NCBI GenBank assembly: GCA_947623965.1
Contig: CANQIF010000011.1
Coordinates: forward strand, 6,775 to 70,774
DNA length: 64,000 bases
From: an uncultured Alistipes sp.
GTDB taxonomy: Bacteria; Bacteroidota; Bacteroidia; Bacteroidales; Rikenellaceae
Direction: 5' to 3'
How positions within the stretch are numbered: the stretch's first letter is position 1; the number at the start of each line of letters is the position of its first letter. A program made the translations under genes and the position numbers. The notes under the pieces are model-generated. The model was not told the DNA's origin, did no database searches, and saw only the letters and a program-made list of their open reading frames with translations. Shown piece by piece: positions 1-9,354 of the stretch.

Positions 1-413
1 AGGGATTTTTCAACGCGGAGATTCTCGATGCCTCGATGAAGCGCTGCAACGTCCTCAAAATAAACGACGAAGAATTGGTCACCATCAGCCGGATCTTCGG
101 ATACCCGGGAATCGGACTGCAAGACAAATGCTGGCTGCTGCTGGGCAAATACAATCTGAAGATGTTGATCTTAACGTGCGGAATCAACGGCAGTTATGTC
201 TTTACGCCGGGGCATTTCTCGTTCCGCGAAACGCCGGTCGTGCAGGTCGCCGACACGGTGGGGGCCGGGGATTCGTTCACGGCGGCCTTCATCTCGTCCG
301 TCATCAAGGGCAAGCCGATAGCCGAGGCGCATCGCACGGCGGTCGAGGTCTCGGCATACGTCTGCACCCAGAACGGCGCCATGCCGCTTCTTCCCGCGGA
401 GTATACGCGATAG
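1..413 (+). CDS. PfkB-family carbohydrate kinase (fructokinase-like), C-terminal fragment; 5' end outside window
   Basis: Frame open from position 3 to TAG 411-413. Translation ...ILDASMKRCNVLKINDEEL...VADTVGAGDSFTAAF...YVCTQNGAMP carries the C-terminal PfkB DTxGAGD signature. Confidence 0.75.
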   Translation, partial: GFFNAEILDASMKRCNVLKINDEELVTISRIFGYPGIGLQDKCWLLLGKYNLKMLILTCGINGSYVFTPGHFSFRETPVVQVADTVGAGDSFTAAFISSVIKGKPIAEAHRTAVEVSAYVCTQNGAMPLLPAEYTR

Positions 414-440
414 GGCCGCCGGCCGGCGCCGCCGGCCGGC

Positions 441-580
441 GGCTGGGTTAGCCGGGGCTGGGTTAGCCGGGGCTGGGTTAGCCGGGGCTGGGTTAGCCGG
501 GGCTGGGTTAGCCGGGGCTGGGTTAGCTGGGTTAGCCGGGTTGGGCTGGTTGGCCGGGTTGGCCGGGTTGTCGGGTTGGC
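441..580. repeat. 15-bp tandem repeat GGCTGGGTTAGCCGG, 5 perfect copies then degenerating copies
   Basis: Perfect units at 441-455, 456-470, 471-485, 486-500 and 501-515, followed by decayed copies (GGCTGGGTTAGCTGG, GTTAGCCGGGTTGGG...). Lies between the kinase stop and its terminator. Confidence 0.9.
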
Positions 581-627
581 GAGGCCGGCCGGGCCGCAGG
601 CCGACGATTGGGATATTATATAGAAAG

Positions 628-671
628 TCGATTCCGTGTAGTCTGTCGATCTACACGGAATCGATTTTTTT
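628..671 (+). terminator. Rho-independent terminator of the kinase transcript
   Basis: 14-bp perfect stem TCGATTCCGTGTAG / CTACACGGAATCGA, 9-nt loop, then a T7 run. Confidence 0.8.
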
Positions 672-746
672 GCAGCCCAACGAAGAATTCGATCGGGTGG
701 GGCTCGGGGCGCAGCAGGAGCCGCTGCCCGCCCATCCCGAAAAGAC

Positions 747-777
747 AAAAAAAGACGGTTGCAAACAAGCAACCGTC
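747..777 (-). terminator. Rho-independent terminator downstream of tRNA-Thr
   Basis: Stem GACGGTTGC / GCAACCGTC with a 6-nt loop. The A7 run on the plus strand is a U-run on the minus strand. Confidence 0.75.
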
Positions 778-786
778 CGATCCGAG

Positions 787-858
<72 letters not shown>

Positions 859-973
859 AGTCTTTTGCTCTTTCGAGTGGTGCAAAAGTAAACAAGAAAA
901 ATGAAATGACCAAAAAAATATCCGACTTTTCGGATTATTTTCTATCTTTACTCGATTTTACAACCGAAAACCC

Positions 974-1921
974 ATGAAAAAAATTCTGATTGTTGGCGCA
1001 GGCGGCCAGATCGGTTCCGAACTGACGGTCTATCTGCGAAAGATTTACGGCGGCGCGAATGTCGTCGCGACCGATATGCGCGACTGTCGCGAGCTGGGCG
1101 AGGAGGGCCCCTTCGAGGTGCTCAACGCCCTCGATGCAACCGCGATGGCCTCGGTCGTGGCGCGCTACCACATCGATACGATCTTCAACCTGGTGGCACT
1201 GCTTTCGGCCGTCGGCGAGCGCAATCCCCAAATGGCCTGGAATGTGAATATGGGGGCGCTGAACAACTCCCTGGAGGTGGCGCGGCAGCACCATTGCGCG
1301 CTCTTCACCCCCTCGTCGATCGGTGCCTTCGGCCCCTCGTCGCCCAAGGACGGAACCCCGCAGGACACGATTATGCAGCCGACCACGATTTACGGCATCT
1401 GCAAATACACCGGTGAGATGCTGGGCAACTATTACCACCACAAATACGGGGTAGACACCCGTTCGGTGCGCTTCCCGGGCATCATTTCGAGCGTGACGCT
1501 GCCCGGAGGCGGCACGACCGACTACGCCGTCGAAATCTATTACGAAGCGGTCCGCTCGGGCCGTTTCACCTGCCCCGTTCCGCCCGACGTCTATATGGAT
1601 ATGATCTATATGCCCGACGCCCTGCGGGCCTGTGTCGAACTGATGGAGGCCGACCCCGCGCGGCTGAAGCACCGCAACAGCTTCAACCTCGCCTCGATGA
1701 GTTTCACGCCTGAGATCATCTGCGCCGAGATCCGGAAGCGGATGCCCGACTTTACGATGGATTACGACATCGATCCCGTCAAGCGCGACATCGCCGAGAG
1801 CTGGCCCAATTCGCTCGACGACACCTGCGCCCGCGAGGAGTGGGGGTGGAAACCCGAATGGGACCTTCCGCGGATGACCGACGATATGCTGCTGCATATC
1901 CATCGGAAACTGCACAAATAG
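974..1921 (+). CDS. NAD-dependent epimerase/dehydratase family protein, resembles SDR-type L-threonine 3-dehydrogenase
   Basis: N-terminal Rossmann motif MKKILIVGAGGQIGSEL and catalytic YxxxK (YGICKYTGE). Length 315 aa. Confidence 0.6.
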   Translation: MKKILIVGAGGQIGSELTVYLRKIYGGANVVATDMRDCRELGEEGPFEVLNALDATAMASVVARYHIDTIFNLVALLSAVGERNPQMAWNVNMGALNNSLEVARQHHCALFTPSSIGAFGPSSPKDGTPQDTIMQPTTIYGICKYTGEMLGNYYHHKYGVDTRSVRFPGIISSVTLPGGGTTDYAVEIYYEAVRSGRFTCPVPPDVYMDMIYMPDALRACVELMEADPARLKHRNSFNLASMSFTPEIICAEIRKRMPDFTMDYDIDPVKRDIAESWPNSLDDTCAREEWGWKPEWDLPRMTDDMLLHIHRKLHK

Positions 1922-1923
1922 CG

Positions 1924-2868
1924 ATGCGGCGTCTGGGAAGGTGGATCGTCGGAGGAGTGCTCGCGGCTGCGGCGCTGACGGTGGCGGGAGGCGGCTTCCT
2001 GCTCTCCGTGGCGCTGCGCCCTGCGGTGGAGCGCGATGCGGAGCACTGCTACCGCGATTTCTGCGGGGCTTATCCGGCGCTGCGTCCCTGGGCCGACTCG
2101 CTGCGGGCAGCCGGTGCGCTGCGCGATACGACGATCGCGGCCGGGGACGGCACCCGGTTGCAGGCCTTTTTCATCGGGGCCTCCGCTCCTGCGAAGCGGA
2201 CGGCGGTGCTCGTTCACGGCTATACGGATCACCCTTTCGGGATGCTGCAGCTCGGATACCTATATAATCGGGTGCTGGGGTGCAATGTCCTGCTGCCGGC
2301 GCTGCGATACCACGGAGCCAGTGGCGGACGGTCGATCGGGATGGGGTGGAGCGACCGCCTCGATGTGCTGCGCTGGATCGACGAGACGGAGCGGTTGTTC
2401 GGAGCGGGACAGCGGGTGGTCGTGCACGGCGTCTCGATGGGGGCCGCGACGACGATGATGCTCGCGGGCGAAGAGCGGCTGCCGGCGAGCGTGACGTGTC
2501 TGGTGGAGGATTGCGGCTACACGAGTGTCTGGGAGCAGTTCCGCAAGGAGTTGCGCGAAGATTACGGCCTGCCCGCCTTTCCGCTGCTCTACGCGGCCGA
2601 TGCGATTTGCCGGCTGCGCTTCGGCTGGGGGTTCCGGGAGGCTTCGGCGCTTCGGCAGGTGGCCCGCTGCGACCGCCCGATGCTCTTCATCCATGGCGAG
2701 CGGGACCGCTACGTGCTGACCGAAATGGTCTATCCGCTCTATGAGGCCAAGCCGGGTGTGAAGAGGCTTTGGATCGCTCCGGGCTCGGCCCATGCGGCTT
2801 CCTATGCCGATCATCCCGAGGCCTATACGGCCTGCGTCGCCGGGTTCGTCGAAGCTTATTTGCGGTGA
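1924..2868 (+). CDS. alpha/beta hydrolase with N-terminal membrane anchor
   Basis: ATG at 1924 follows the upstream stop. Features: TM-like WIVGGVLAAAALTVAGGGFLL, nucleophile elbow GVSMGA, later FIHGERD. The ORF-track start at 1840 overlaps the preceding gene and is less likely. Confidence 0.75.
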   Translation: MRRLGRWIVGGVLAAAALTVAGGGFLLSVALRPAVERDAEHCYRDFCGAYPALRPWADSLRAAGALRDTTIAAGDGTRLQAFFIGASAPAKRTAVLVHGYTDHPFGMLQLGYLYNRVLGCNVLLPALRYHGASGGRSIGMGWSDRLDVLRWIDETERLFGAGQRVVVHGVSMGAATTMMLAGEERLPASVTCLVEDCGYTSVWEQFRKELREDYGLPAFPLLYAADAICRLRFGWGFREASALRQVARCDRPMLFIHGERDRYVLTEMVYPLYEAKPGVKRLWIAPGSAHAASYADHPEAYTACVAGFVEAYLR

Positions 2869-2874
2869 CGGAGA

Positions 2875-3495
2875 GGGCTGCGGCTTTGTGAAAGCCGCAA
2901 ATTCAAAATTCAAAATTCAAGATTCAAAATTCAGAATTAAAATGGATTCCCCGAGCGAGCCTGGCTGTATGTTCCGGTTCGGGACGCAGCCTGCGGGGCA
3001 CACGCAGATTCGGAAACGAACCGAAGCTCGGGGCGCAGCTTGCGAAGGAACGCACAAGCGGACGCGAGTAGCGGGCCTTCGCGCGGCGAAGCTGCGGCCC
3101 GCTGCGCCCTTTCGGGCGCAATTCAAAATTCAATATTCAAAATTAAAAGAGGTTTTCGGGCACGCTTGGGCATGCATTTCAACTCGGGCTGCAGCCTGCG
3201 GAGGTCGCGCACGACTGCAAGGAGTTGCGGGCCTCCGCCGCTGGGAGGCTGCGGCCCGCCGATCCCTGCGGGATCGATTTTGCTTGCGGGCAGCACGTGG
3301 CATTGTTTCGGTTCGTCAGGACGGCAGCCCGCAGCTGCCGATTTTCGCCGAGATATTTTACAGCAAACTCGACTGCACAACAGTCGGCAGCCCTCCGCCC
3401 GGGGCGGCTGCGGGCTGCCGGTCGCTGCGCGACCGAGTTTTTCAGCTGTCACTTCCACTACAACCAGCGGCTGCGGTCCGCCGATCGCTCCATGA
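2875..3495. repeat. Mosaic GC-rich palindromic repeat cluster A
   Basis: Contains TTCGGGACGCAGCCTGCGG, GCGGGCCTCCGCCGCTGGGAGGCTGCGGCCCGC, GGCAGCCCTCCGCCCGGGGCGGCTGCGGGCTGCC, small hairpins (GCGCCC-TTTC-GGGCGC, GATCCC-TGC-GGGATC) and ATTCAA octamer tracts at about 2899-2945 and 3119-3160. Fills the gap between the convergent hydrolase and response regulator genes. Confidence 0.85.
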
Positions 3496-3499
3496 TTGA

Positions 3500-4186
3500 T
3501 TATTTTTCGTACATGTATCCCACCCCCTTGACCGTGAGGATGTGCCGTTCGCCGATCTTCTGCCGCAGTTTGCGGATGTGGACGTCGATCGTGCGGTCCC
3601 CGACGACCACTTCGCGGCCCCAGATCTTGGCGTAGATCTCTTCGCGCGGGATCAGCTCCCCGGGGCGTTCGCAGAGCAGTTCGAGCAGCGCGAACTCCTT
3701 GCGCGGCAGCTTGACCGCCTCGCCGCCGCGGATCACCGTGTGGCGGGCGCGGTCGATCATGATCGTGTCGCCCGACGTCCCGGTCTCCTCGCCGCCGGCC
3801 GCCGGTGCGGCGATCTCGATGCGCTTGAGCATCGCCTGCAAACGGCTGACAAGCAGCTTCATCTTGATTGGCTTGGTCAGGTAGTCGTCGGCGCCGGCAT
3901 CGAACCCCGTCAACTGCTGCTCCTCCTCGCCGAGGGCCGACAGAAAGACGATCATCGTATCCTTGAGCAGCGGATCGCGGCGAATGGCGCGGCAGGTCTG
4001 CTCACCGTCCATGACGGGCATCAAGCGGTCGAGCAGGATCAGGTGGGGGCGGAATTCGGCGGCAATACGCAGCGCCTCGGCGCCGTTCGGCGCCGTGCGG
4101 ACTTCGTACCCCTCGCGCACGAGGTTGTAGCGGATGAATTCCAGAATGTCGATCTCGTCATCGACCAGAAGAATGCGGTGATTCAT
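3500..4186 (-). CDS. OmpR/PhoB-type two-component response regulator
   Basis: Receiver domain MNHRILLVDDE...LLDRLMPVMDG...TKP plus a winged-helix C-terminus (LPRKEFALLELL...IDVHIRKLRQKI...TVKGVGY). Start CAT at 4184-4186. Confidence 0.85.
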   Translation of the reverse strand: MNHRILLVDDEIDILEFIRYNLVREGYEVRTAPNGAEALRIAAEFRPHLILLDRLMPVMDGEQTCRAIRRDPLLKDTMIVFLSALGEEEQQLTGFDAGADDYLTKPIKMKLLVSRLQAMLKRIEIAAPAAGGEETGTSGDTIMIDRARHTVIRGGEAVKLPRKEFALLELLCERPGELIPREEIYAKIWGREVVVGDRTIDVHIRKLRQKIGERHILTVKGVGYMYEK

Positions 4187-4295
4187 GGCAGCTGAAAAAG
4201 GGGGCGTGCGGGAGCCGTCGGGCTTTTCCTGCACGGAACTACGGCGAAGATAGCAAATTTTGGGTAAAAACCTTTCGCCGGCGTGGAAAAAACGT

Positions 4296-4303
4296 TATAT
4301 TTG
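4296..4303 (+). promoter_or_regulatory. Bacteroidota -7 box TATATTTG upstream of the DUF349 gene
   Basis: Exact TAnnTTTG match 48 nt upstream of ATG 4351. This argues against the ORF-track start at 4312. Confidence 0.5.
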
Positions 4304-4350
4304 CAAGAATTATGTGCCTCCGCGTGGGGGTACGCCAAAAAATCGTTGTG

Positions 4351-6540
4351 ATGGCTACTGAAAAACCAACCCTGTCTGCTCTGGATGAGCCCGTCAGCCC
4401 CGCTGTGGCTGAAGATGCGCAAACTACGACCGAGGCGCCCGTCGGGGTCGCCGAAACCGAACCCGTCGGAACCGAACCCGCAGCCGGAACGGTCGCGGCC
4501 GCCGTCGGGACCGTCGCACCCGGAGAGGGGACCGAACCCGCAGCGGAGCCTGCGGCCGGGAATGTAGAGCCGGGACCTGCTGCCGAACCTGCTGCCGAAT
4601 CGGCGGTCGAACCGGTCGCCGAAGCTGCCGCCGAGGTTTCCGAGGCTTCCGAGGCCGGGGCTGCCCCCGCATCCGCCGTTGAAACGGCCGTTCCGGTTGA
4701 GCCGGCGGTCACCGAGGGTGTCGAGGTCGATTTCGCCGAGGAGGATGCTGCGCTGGATGCGCAAAATGCCGGTCTGGAGTTGGGCGAGGAGCTGGCCGAG
4801 GAGGCCTCGTCGGGCGAAGCGCTCGCCGACGACGAGTTCGCCGGCAAGTCGAAGACGGAGCTGCTCGACCGCTTTGCCCGCGAGCTCGAGGAGAAGCCCG
4901 TGCCGACGCTGCGCCGTACGGTCGAGGCGCTGAAGGTCGCCTTCTACCGCATTCGCCGCGCGGAGGTCGAGGCGGCCCGCCGGGCCTGGATCGAGCAGGG
5001 TGGCGCCGAGGAGGCGTTCACGGCACCGGTCGATGAGGCCGAAGTGCGGCTCAAGGAGCTGTTCCGGGAGTACCGCCGCCGTCGCGACGCCTTCATCGCC
5101 GAGCTCGATGCCGAGAAGGAGGCCAATCTGAAGACGAAGCTGGCGATCATCGAGGAGCTCAAGGCGCTTGTCGATTCGGACGAGACGCTGAACCATACCT
5201 TCACGAAGTTCCGCGAGCTGCAGCAGCGCTGGAAGGAGACGGGGCTGGTGCCGCAGGCCAACGTGAAGGATCTGTGGGAGACCTACAATCTCCATGTGGA
5301 GAATTTCTACAACTTCATCAAGATCAACAAGGAGCTGCGCGATCTGGATCTGAAGAAGAACTATGAGCGCAAGGTGGCGCTTTGCGAGCAGGCTGAGGCG
5401 CTCGTGCTGGAGCCTTCGGTGGTCGAGGCCTTCCGCAAGCTGCAGAAGCTGCACGACGAGTGGCGCGAGACGGGCCCCGTGGCCAACGAGTTCAAGGAGA
5501 GCCTTTGGGAGCGTTTCAAGGCCGCGTCGAGCCGCATCAACAAGCAGCACCAGGAGCACTTCGAGGCGTTGAAGGCCGAGCAGCTGAAGAACCTCGAACT
5601 GAAAAACGAGCTGTGCGCCGCCGCCGAGGAGCTGGCCGCACGCCCGATGACGGCGCGCAAGGAGTGGAATCGGGCGAGCGACCGTCTGCTGGAGATTCAG
5701 AAGACTTGGAAGACGATCGGGTTCGCCCCGAAAAAGGACAATACGCGCATCTACGAGCGTTTCCGCGAGGCGTGCAACCGCTTCTTCGAGCTCAAGCGGG
5801 CCTATTATGCCGGCATGAAGGGCGAGATGGAGCAGAACCTGCAGCTCAAGAACGAGCTTTGCGAGCAGGCCGAGGCGCTCTCGCAGAGCGAGGAGTGGAA
5901 GCGGACGACCGACGAGTTGATCGCCCTGCAGGCTCGCTGGAAGGAGATCGGACCCGTGGCGCGCCGCCACTCGGATGCCGTGTGGAAGCGCTTCCGCGCT
6001 GCCTGCGACAGCTTCTTCGCACGCAAGTCGGCACACTTCGCCACGGTCGATGACGCCTACGCGCAGAACCTCGAGAAGAAACGCGCGCTGCTCGACGAGA
6101 TGGCGGCGGCCGATGTCTCCGAGGGCGGTTACGAGATGATCCGCGAGTTCCAGCGCCGCTGGGGCGAGATCGGATTCGTGCCCATCAAGCAGAAGGATGC
6201 GATCCAGAAACGTTACAAGGCGGAGGTCGACCGCCTCTTCGATACGCTGCGCGGCTCGGAGCGCGACCGCTCGATGGGCCGCTTCCGCGAGAAGCTTTCG
6301 GCGATGAAGGCGGGCGGCGAGCGGCGCATGCAGAGCGAGCGCGAACGCCTATATAATAAGGTGCGCCAGCTCGAGCAGGAGATCGCCCTGCTGGAAAACA
6401 ACATCGGCTTCTTCTCGCATTCGAAGAACGCCGAGGCGCTTGTGGCCGAGGTGCGTGCGAAGATCGATCGCGCCCGCGAACAGATGCAGGCGACGATCGA
6501 AAAGGTGAAACTGATCGATCGGCAGAACACGGAACAGTAG
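4351..6540 (+). CDS. DUF349 domain-containing protein with acidic Pro/Ala/Glu-rich N-terminus
   Basis: At least five repeats of the DUF349-type motif W(K/R)E(T/I)G.V......(L/V)W.RF..A...F, e.g. RWKETGLVPQANVKDLWETY, EWRETGPVANEFKESLWERF, RWKEIGPVARRHSDAVWKRF. Confidence 0.8.
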   Translation: MATEKPTLSALDEPVSPAVAEDAQTTTEAPVGVAETEPVGTEPAAGTVAAAVGTVAPGEGTEPAAEPAAGNVEPGPAAEPAAESAVEPVAEAAAEVSEASEAGAAPASAVETAVPVEPAVTEGVEVDFAEEDAALDAQNAGLELGEELAEEASSGEALADDEFAGKSKTELLDRFARELEEKPVPTLRRTVEALKVAFYRIRRAEVEAARRAWIEQGGAEEAFTAPVDEAEVRLKELFREYRRRRDAFIAELDAEKEANLKTKLAIIEELKALVDSDETLNHTFTKFRELQQRWKETGLVPQANVKDLWETYNLHVENFYNFIKINKELRDLDLKKNYERKVALCEQAEALVLEPSVVEAFRKLQKLHDEWRETGPVANEFKESLWERFKAASSRINKQHQEHFEALKAEQLKNLELKNELCAAAEELAARPMTARKEWNRASDRLLEIQKTWKTIGFAPKKDNTRIYERFREACNRFFELKRAYYAGMKGEMEQNLQLKNELCEQAEALSQSEEWKRTTDELIALQARWKEIGPVARRHSDAVWKRFRAACDSFFARKSAHFATVDDAYAQNLEKKRALLDEMAAADVSEGGYEMIREFQRRWGEIGFVPIKQKDAIQKRYKAEVDRLFDTLRGSERDRSMGRFREKLSAMKAGGERRMQSERERLYNKVRQLEQEIALLENNIGFFSHSKNAEALVAEVRAKIDRAREQMQATIEKVKLIDRQNTEQ

Positions 6541-6554
6541 CGGATTGCGGCGTT

Positions 6555-7555
6555 GTTTCGGTCCGGCAGGACCGGCAGTCCGCAGTTGCTGTTTTTGGTG
6601 GACGTGGTTGTTCGCAAATTCGACGTCGCAGACGTCGGCAGCCCGCAGCTGTTGTTTTTGGTGGACTTGATTGTCTGCAAATCCGACGTCGCAGACGTCG
6701 GCAGCCCGCAGCCGCCCCCTGGCGGAGGGTTGCTCTTTATGGTCGTAGGCCCGTCCGCTCGGCTGCGGGCTTGCCTTGCGGCTGGAATCGACCTCGCAAG
6801 AGGTCGGCGGGCCGCAGCTTGGGGCGGCGGAGGCCCGCAGTTCGTAGCCGAACTTGCACGCACTCCGCAGGCCGCGGCCCGAAACTATTGCAGGCAACGG
6901 GCAAGCTTTAATGATGAATTTAGAATTCTGAATTTGCGGCTCCGCTGGGAGCCGTCTGTAGCCGCCGGTTTTGGCGGAAATGGCTGCCTGCAAATTCGAC
7001 GTCGCAGACGTCGGCAGCCCGCAGCCGCCCCCCGGCAGAGGGCTGCTTCCTCGCGTTGCTCGAAAGCAGGCCCGTCCGCTCGGCTGCGGGCTTGCCTTGC
7101 AACTGGAATCGACCTCGCAAGAGGTCGGCGGGCCGCAGCCTCCCGGCGGCGAAGGCCCGTAACTCCTTACAGTCGAGCGGAACCTTCGCAGGCCGTGGCC
7201 CGAAGATGGAGGACAAATTTGATTTAGTTTGCCTTAGCGGTTCCGAATGGAACCGTAGCGGGCCGCAGCTTCGCCCCGCGAAGGCCCGCTCCTCGCGTCC
7301 GCAAGTCCGCTCGAGCGCTTCTTCGCAAGCTGCAGCCCGCCAGCTTCGGGATTTCCGGCCTTGAAAAGACCGTGCGGGCCGCAGCCTCCGCCGGGCGGAG
7401 GCCCGCAGCTCGTGTCCCGCGGGTCCGCTTCGAGCGTGTCCTCCGCAGGCTGCGTCTCGAGCGCGCCGGTTTTTCGCAAAGCGTCAGCGGCTGCAGCTTG
7501 TTGCCGGACCCGCGAACCCGCCGCTTGCAACCCCGCCACCCGCAGGTTGCATTCC
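6555..7555. repeat. Mosaic GC-rich palindromic repeat cluster B (largest, about 1 kb)
   Basis: Repeated units of a small hairpin (GACGTC-GCA-GACGTC three times, GACCTC-GCAA-GAGGTC twice, GGTTCC-GAAT-GGAACC), then GGCAGCCCGCAGCCGCCCCC.GGCGGAGGGCTGC or GGCGGGCCGCAGC(CTCC/TTCG)...GGCCCGC, then tails GCCCGTCCGCTCGGCTGCGGGC or CTCCGCAGGCTGCG. Mostly plus-oriented. Lies between DUF349 and pyrG. Confidence 0.9.
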
Positions 7556-7561
7556 GGCGTG

Positions 7562-7598
7562 GCCTCCGACGGCCCCGATAGCCCCGGTGGCCCCGATA
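7562..7598. repeat. 9-bp periodic G/C-rich tandem tract (GCCCCGATA / GCCCCGGTG / GCCCCGATA)
   Basis: Read directly, 58 nt upstream of the pyrG ATG. Confidence 0.6.
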
Positions 7599-7604
7599 GA
7601 ATAG

Positions 7605-9308
<1,704 letters not shown>

Positions 9309-9354
9309 CCACGTAAACGGGCGGGCGCTTCCCGCCCCGAATTAAACAAAGAGC

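Noticed and set aside
935-1915. Long antisense or out-of-frame ORFs overlapping confident genes: 935-1915(-), 4183-6036(-), 7644-9188(-), 7841-9316(+), 9115-10959(-), 12197-13315(+), 13546-14910(-), 17955-19169(-), 18134-19978(+), 19777-21216(-), 20379-21380(+), 23041-24888(-), 25094-26275(+), 29732-31897(+), 29754-32348(-), 33070-34947(-), 35779-37530(+), 42116-44197(-), 44573-45715(+), 45987-47870(+), 47503-48960(+), 48908-51067(+), 52213-54303(-), 57039-58646(+), 59470-61602(-), 62119-63240(-)
   Set aside because: These are typical stop-codon-poor shadow frames of GC-rich coding DNA. Their products are Arg/Gly/Ala/Asp/His-rich with no motifs, and in every case the partner frame carries a clearly recognisable protein.
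2880-2898. The unit-leading GC hairpins (e.g. 2880-2898, 12066-12081, 59072-59087) as ordinary Rho-independent terminators
   Set aside because: They are followed by GC-rich core sequence or by mixed A/T octamers (AAATTCAAAATTC), not by a U-run. They also occur many times per gap, including upstream of genes and inside an operon.
6213-7539. ORF-track ORFs inside the repeat clusters, e.g. 6213-6863, 6349-6993, 6553-7227, 7234-7539, and likewise 11274-11876, 15689-16267, 17473-18018, 21386-22936, 32146-32877, 39073-40167, 63012-63848
   Set aside because: Their translations are Arg/Pro/Ala/Gly-rich low-complexity strings (GPQPPPGGG, RLRPA...) that simply read through palindromic modules. They overlap each other in several frames and on both strands, with no start context or domain motifs.
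6555-7555. Possible CRISPR array, given the many short palindromic repeats in intergenic DNA here and in the other 13 clusters
   Set aside because: There is no constant-length direct repeat alternating with unique spacers. The modules occur in both orientations, with variable spacing and degenerate sequence, and there are no cas genes in the window.
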